DNA of 39,144 bases from Candidatus Bathyarchaeia archaeon (GTDB taxonomy: Archaea; Thermoproteota; Bathyarchaeia; TCS64), in NCBI GenBank assembly GCA_041489375.1, contig JBGPRA010000002.1, forward strand, positions 1 to 39,144, read 5' to 3'. Below the pieces are notes generated by a model. The model was not told the origin of the DNA, did no database searches, and worked only from the letters and a program-made list of their open reading frames with translations. Each line of letters opens with the position of its first letter. The stretch's first letter is position 1. Below are positions 36,102 through 39,144 of the stretch, in pieces. Position numbers and translations under genes: made by a program.

Positions 36102-36638
36102 GCATTGCTCCAATCCATCTCATACATGGCTGGGGCGTTGGGAGTATGCATAGCGGCGCTGAGCTTCGTCTTGAACATGAGGGCGACCACGAAGAACAGG
36201 AAAGTCACCTTCACCACCAACCTGCTGAGCACCACTGCCTCGAAGGAGGGAATTCTGGACTTCTACGAGTTGATGTCCATACGGTGGACGGACTTCGACG
36301 ACTTCAAGAGGAAGTACGATTCGAGGGTGAACCCGGAGAACTTCATCAAACGAGTACATAAATGGAACATATTTAGAAACGTCGGTTGGCAGCTCAGGGC
36401 TGGCGTAGTTGACTGGGATACGGTCCGTAAAATTACTGGAAGAGATATGATGAATATGTGGCTTAAGTTCGAGCCCATAATAAAGGAGTACAGAAAACAG
36501 GAATATCGCTCAGATCAATATGCAGACTGGGAGTACATAGCTCAGCGAATGGAGGAGGATCTCAGTCTCGAAGAGAAGAAAAAGTCTCAATACGTCATTA
36601 ATGATGCTTTCAAGAATGAGAACACCCGAGCCACCTAA
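36090..36638 (+). CDS. Hypothetical protein with one N-terminal TM helix
   Basis: 182 aa. TM SISYMAGALGVCIAALSFVL, then a soluble Trp/Lys/Asp-rich domain. Family not recognised. Confidence 0.55.
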   Translation: MVDLALLQSISYMAGALGVCIAALSFVLNMRATTKNRKVTFTTNLLSTTASKEGILDFYELMSIRWTDFDDFKRKYDSRVNPENFIKRVHKWNIFRNVGWQLRAGVVDWDTVRKITGRDMMNMWLKFEPIIKEYRKQEYRSDQYADWEYIAQRMEEDLSLEEKKKSQYVINDAFKNENTRAT

Positions 36639-36642
36639 TGTG

Positions 36643-36673
36643 TGGGGCCATAGCATATCCTAGTTCCACCTTA
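36643..36673 (+). repeat. Intergenic repeat, copy E
   Basis: TGGGGCcATAGCatATCCTaGTTCCACCTta begins 5 nt after the stop of the 36090 gene. Confidence 0.75.
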
Positions 36674-36679
36674 CATTAG

Positions 36680-36808
36680 AAATATCTTAACCCAAAGTTA
36701 CTTTTGGCATAATCCTCATCTAATATGCAATAATCTTATCCTCGCTTCTATCTAGTATTTGACCGTAAATTGTGAATGATTGACCTCATAATAATTCAGT
36801 CGCGTGTG
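36680..36808 (+). repeat. Composite repeat unit F (palindrome CCAAAGTtACTTTTGG, spacer, core copy, decayed MIDL mini-ORF, CG tract)
   Basis: 36680-36741 aligns almost base for base with 37248-37310. The core aatCTTATCCTcgcttctatc starts at 36732. ATGATTGACCTC at 36776 parallels ATGGTTGATCTA of copies D and G. Ends in cgcgtgtg (36801-36808). Confidence 0.7.
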
Positions 36809-36873
36809 AGATTCCACTAAGCTTCTTCATATGCGTGAGGATTTTTTATTAGAAGCCAACATCCAATAGTATT

Positions 36874-37215
36874 ATGGTGAACCTCAACCAGGCGATAATC
36901 GTTATACTCGCTGGCATCGCAGTGGCCATCGCGGACGGCATGATTAAAAAATCTGCTATCGGCGTTTCCTTTACCGATGCGTTGAAGAATCCTCTCATGA
37001 TAGGCGTGGTGTTCCTGTATCTCGTGCAGATTGCGTTCTTCACCTACGTTTTCGTGAATGGTTGGCAGCTGGGAGTTGTCGGGGTTTTACAGATGGTTGC
37101 TTACTCCGCATTTGTGATATTGACGGGTGTCTTCGTCTTCAAGGAAAGCTTTACCGTGACTCAGTACTTTGGTTTGGTTTTGGCTGTCAGTGGCATTGTT
37201 TTGATCAATCTATAA
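36874..37215 (+). CDS. Small 4-TM DMT/EamA-half protein (ArnE/ArnF- or SMR-like)
   Basis: 113 aa with four hydrophobic helices. The KKSA loop after TM1 and the C-terminal LVLAVSGIVLINL are typical of single-EamA small transporters. Confidence 0.6.
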   Translation: MVNLNQAIIVILAGIAVAIADGMIKKSAIGVSFTDALKNPLMIGVVFLYLVQIAFFTYVFVNGWQLGVVGVLQMVAYSAFVILTGVFVFKESFTVTQYFGLVLAVSGIVLINL

Positions 37216-37247
37216 ACTTTATTTCATGTGTGCGACTTGGAACTCGG

Positions 37248-37385
37248 AAAAACCTTACCACAAAGTTACTTTGGCATAAGCCTCATCTAACGTATAATAA
37301 TCTTATCCTGAGTACCACCTTATATTTCTCAGTGAATTATAGATGGTTGATCTACAGACCATCGATGTTATAATACGCATACAGT
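37248..37385 (+). repeat. Composite repeat unit G (same architecture as F)
   Basis: aaaaaccttaCCACAAAGTTACTTTGGcataagcctcatctaacgtataataatCTTATCCTGAGTaCCACCTtatatttctcaGTGAattatagATGGTTGATCTA. An inverted partial core (cttGGAACTCgG, 37237-37247) and the CG tract catgtgtgcg (37225-37234) lie just upstream. Confidence 0.75.
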
Positions 37386-37433
37386 TCAGTGAATAGGAGC
37401 TGCAGCAGTCAGCCACTCCATGAGGAGAAACGA

Positions 37434-38417
37434 ATGAAGATCATCGACGTCCACAACCACGTGAACCCGCGTCCATTCCTGGAGGCAGTGCGAGCCGGTC
37501 ATAGTTGGTATGGATTCACCGCCGAACACGGCGAGCTTGAGAACCCACGGAACCACTGGACCCTAGAAGAGCGGATTGCCGAAATGGACCGACTCGGAGT
37601 GGATATACAGGCACTCACCGTCTACGGCGACTTCAACAAATACGACCGAGCCCCGGAGAATACTAAAGCAGCGGTCAGGGCTTGCAACGACGAGGTGGCA
37701 GCCATGGTCGATGAGTACCCCGATCGATTCGTTGGCCTGGGCATTCTACCCTTGCAGGACGTAGCAGCATCGGTAGTTGAACTCGAGCGGGCAATCACCG
37801 ACCTAGGGCTGAAGGGCGTCACAATCAAGGACCACATCAATGGGAAAACCCTAGACGAGCCACAGTTCCTCCCCTTCTGGGAGGCTGCTGAGCGGCTGGG
37901 AGCCGTCGTTGAGTTCCACCAGGGCAGCACGATTGTGGCGCAGCGGATCCCACGCTACTTCCTCGAGAACACAGTCGGCAATCTGGTGGAGCGTGTGCTC
38001 ACCTTTGGGGCTCTGGTGCATGGCGGGATCATCGATCGCTTTCCTAAGCTGAAGGTTTGTCTGCTGCATGGGGGCGGCTATGTGGCTTTCGGGGTTGCCC
38101 GTATGGACAAGGGTTGGGAGGCGGCGAAGCTGGACTATATGGTCAAGTACTCGAGTGAGGATGCCCGCCAGTCGATATCTAAGCCTCCGAGCCAGTACGT
38201 GGGGAGCTTTTATTACGACTGTTGCACCTTCAGCGAGTCGACTCTGCGTTTCCTGATTGACACTGTGGGGATCGAGAGGGTAGTATTCGGGACCGATTAC
38301 CCTTGTCCTATGGAGATGGTGAATTCGGTTAATTGGATCAATAGCCTGGGGAGCCTTAGCTGTTCGGAGAAGCAGGCGATTTTGTCGGTGAACCCGGCCC
38401 GGATCCTCACCATCTGA
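37434..38417 (+). CDS. Amidohydrolase-2 family metal-dependent hydrolase/decarboxylase (ACMSD-like)
   Basis: MKIIDVHNHV (HxH), HGGG and FGTDYP motifs. GAGGAG lies upstream of ATG 37434. The ORF-track start 37389 falls inside repeat G. Confidence 0.85.
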   Translation: MKIIDVHNHVNPRPFLEAVRAGHSWYGFTAEHGELENPRNHWTLEERIAEMDRLGVDIQALTVYGDFNKYDRAPENTKAAVRACNDEVAAMVDEYPDRFVGLGILPLQDVAASVVELERAITDLGLKGVTIKDHINGKTLDEPQFLPFWEAAERLGAVVEFHQGSTIVAQRIPRYFLENTVGNLVERVLTFGALVHGGIIDRFPKLKVCLLHGGGYVAFGVARMDKGWEAAKLDYMVKYSSEDARQSISKPPSQYVGSFYYDCCTFSESTLRFLIDTVGIERVVFGTDYPCPMEMVNSVNWINSLGSLSCSEKQAILSVNPARILTI

Positions 38418-38434
38418 CTAGTTGGCTAGCTAAT

Positions 38435-38488
38435 TTGGGGCTATAACCCTATCCTGAGTTCCACCTGATACACAACCGTGAACATTTA
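38435..38488 (+). repeat. Intergenic repeat, copy H (full length)
   Basis: TTGGGGCtATAaCCcTATCCTGAGTTCCACCTGATACaCAACCGTGAacattta. Confidence 0.85.
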
Positions 38489-38557
38489 TCTCAAACGAGT
38501 TCGCAGTAATCAGAGATCGTAATTTGATAATTTTTTATCTTTACAGAACAAGTCACA

Positions 38558-39067
38558 TTGAGCTGCGTCGAATTGATAGTCGAGAAGACATTCGAATCAC
38601 CTGAGTGTAGGCTGAACTATGCGGAGGGCCCAGATAACGGCCCACCATTGTTACTATTACATGGAGGACAGGACCGTTGGCAGGACTACCTACCACTAAT
38701 GTCGGTGCTAATCACTCGATGGCACCTATACGCCCTGGACTTCAGGGGACACGGGGGATCCGAGCACACACCTGGAAGATACAAGCTAAGAAGCTTCACC
38801 TCAGATGTGGCCACTTTCGCAGAGCAGAAAATAGGGAAGCCTATGATGTTGGTAGCACATAGCATGGGTGGCATAATCGGCTTAATGGTTGCAGCTAACC
38901 ACCCAAATCTAGTGAAGGCACTTGTTGTAGGTGACGCTCCCCCCAAGGAAAGCCTTAGAGCATCTGCAATGCACCCTCTCTTCACCCTGACCCATCGCGC
39001 GCGCATAGAAACCTGCGATTCCAGCGTTCATCGCGGTCTCCCCCACCTCGATGCCGTTGATGTGTAG
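38558..39067 (+). pseudogene. Alpha/beta-hydrolase, 3'-truncated after about 146 aa at a CG tract
   Basis: LLLLHGG (oxyanion region) and the nucleophile elbow AHSMGG are present. The Asp/His half of the fold is missing. From 38996 the frame runs through cgcgcgcgc into the antisense of another gene fragment and stops at 39067. Confidence 0.6.
38996..39004. repeat. CG tract cgcgcgcgc at a head-on junction of two gene fragments
   Basis: Read directly: cccatCGCGCGCGCatag. Confidence 0.9.
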
Positions 39068-39127
39068 ACTCGCGATGCTTGTACCATTGTAAGTGTGACT
39101 CAAAGTGCCATTCAACGTGCCTTTCAT
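39005..39127 (-). pseudogene. N-terminal 41 codons of an unidentified minus-strand gene, ending at the CG tract
   Basis: MKGTLNGTLSHTYNGTSIASLHINGIEVGETAMNAGIAGFY, then ARA through the tract, then the antisense of the hydrolase. May instead be an internal Met of a gene starting beyond the window. Confidence 0.3.
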
Positions 39128-39144
39128 GCTCTGGTACCCTACAA

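Noticed and set aside
31488-38488. Canonical integron attC sites or a CRISPR array as the explanation for the repeats
   Set aside because: Copy D contains ACTCAAC (fits RYYYAAC), but no partner GTTRRRY at attC-like distance and no extended imperfect palindrome were found. Other copies deviate, and no IntI-like gene is in the window. A CRISPR array is excluded because repeat spacing is 0.6-1.9 kb, the intervening DNA is ordinary genes, and the copies are not identical.
135-39007. Treating every purine-pyrimidine alternating run of 10 nt or more as special (Z-DNA argument)
   Set aside because: Generic Pu/Py alternation of that length is expected a few dozen times by chance in 39 kb. Only the CpG-rich subclass and its position relative to genes is clearly non-random, so the finding is restricted to that.

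Overview
The window looks archaeal, inferred from sequence features only. G+C is about 50%. A/T-rich TATA-like boxes sit about 25-35 nt upstream of many first genes, and GGAGG-type SD sites precede operon-internal genes. It also carries a PGF-CTERM-like surface protein, an ISF-type iron-sulfur flavoprotein and a classical C2H2 mini-protein. About 40 genes are supported. From 5' to 3' they are: a PAS-GAF histidine kinase with two receiver proteins, a class III aminotransferase, an AT-rich islet with a UbiA prenyltransferase, saccharopine-dehydrogenase-like, ferredoxin-nitroreductase, creatininase-family, GNAT, ISF and ilvE genes, several zinc-ribbon proteins, a pncB-pncA NAD salvage pair behind an M24 peptidase, an HpcH aldolase, a run of secreted or membrane proteins, an ADC-like / DUF362-EF-hand / MBL cluster, and a final 7.5-kb block of unrelated single genes. 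Three non-genic patterns stand out. (1) From 31.5 to 38.5 kb every gene boundary carries a copy of one conserved ~25-70 nt element (core CTTATCCTGAGTTCCACCTGATAC.CAACCGTGA). All nine copies are on the same strand although the genes point both ways, which gives a cassette-array-like layout without canonical attC features or a visible recombinase. (2) Short CpG-alternating tracts, many of them palindromic (CGCGCGCG, CGCGTGCG, GTGCGaCGCAC), occupy most intergenic spacers. In at least four places they sit exactly on the breakpoint of a truncated or internally deleted gene. (3) Around 11.1-11.6 kb there are two oppositely oriented arrays of the pentamer GTCCA/TGGAC. No CRISPR array, tRNA, rRNA, transposase or recombinase gene was recognised. 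All functional calls are motif recognition by eye and need database confirmation.
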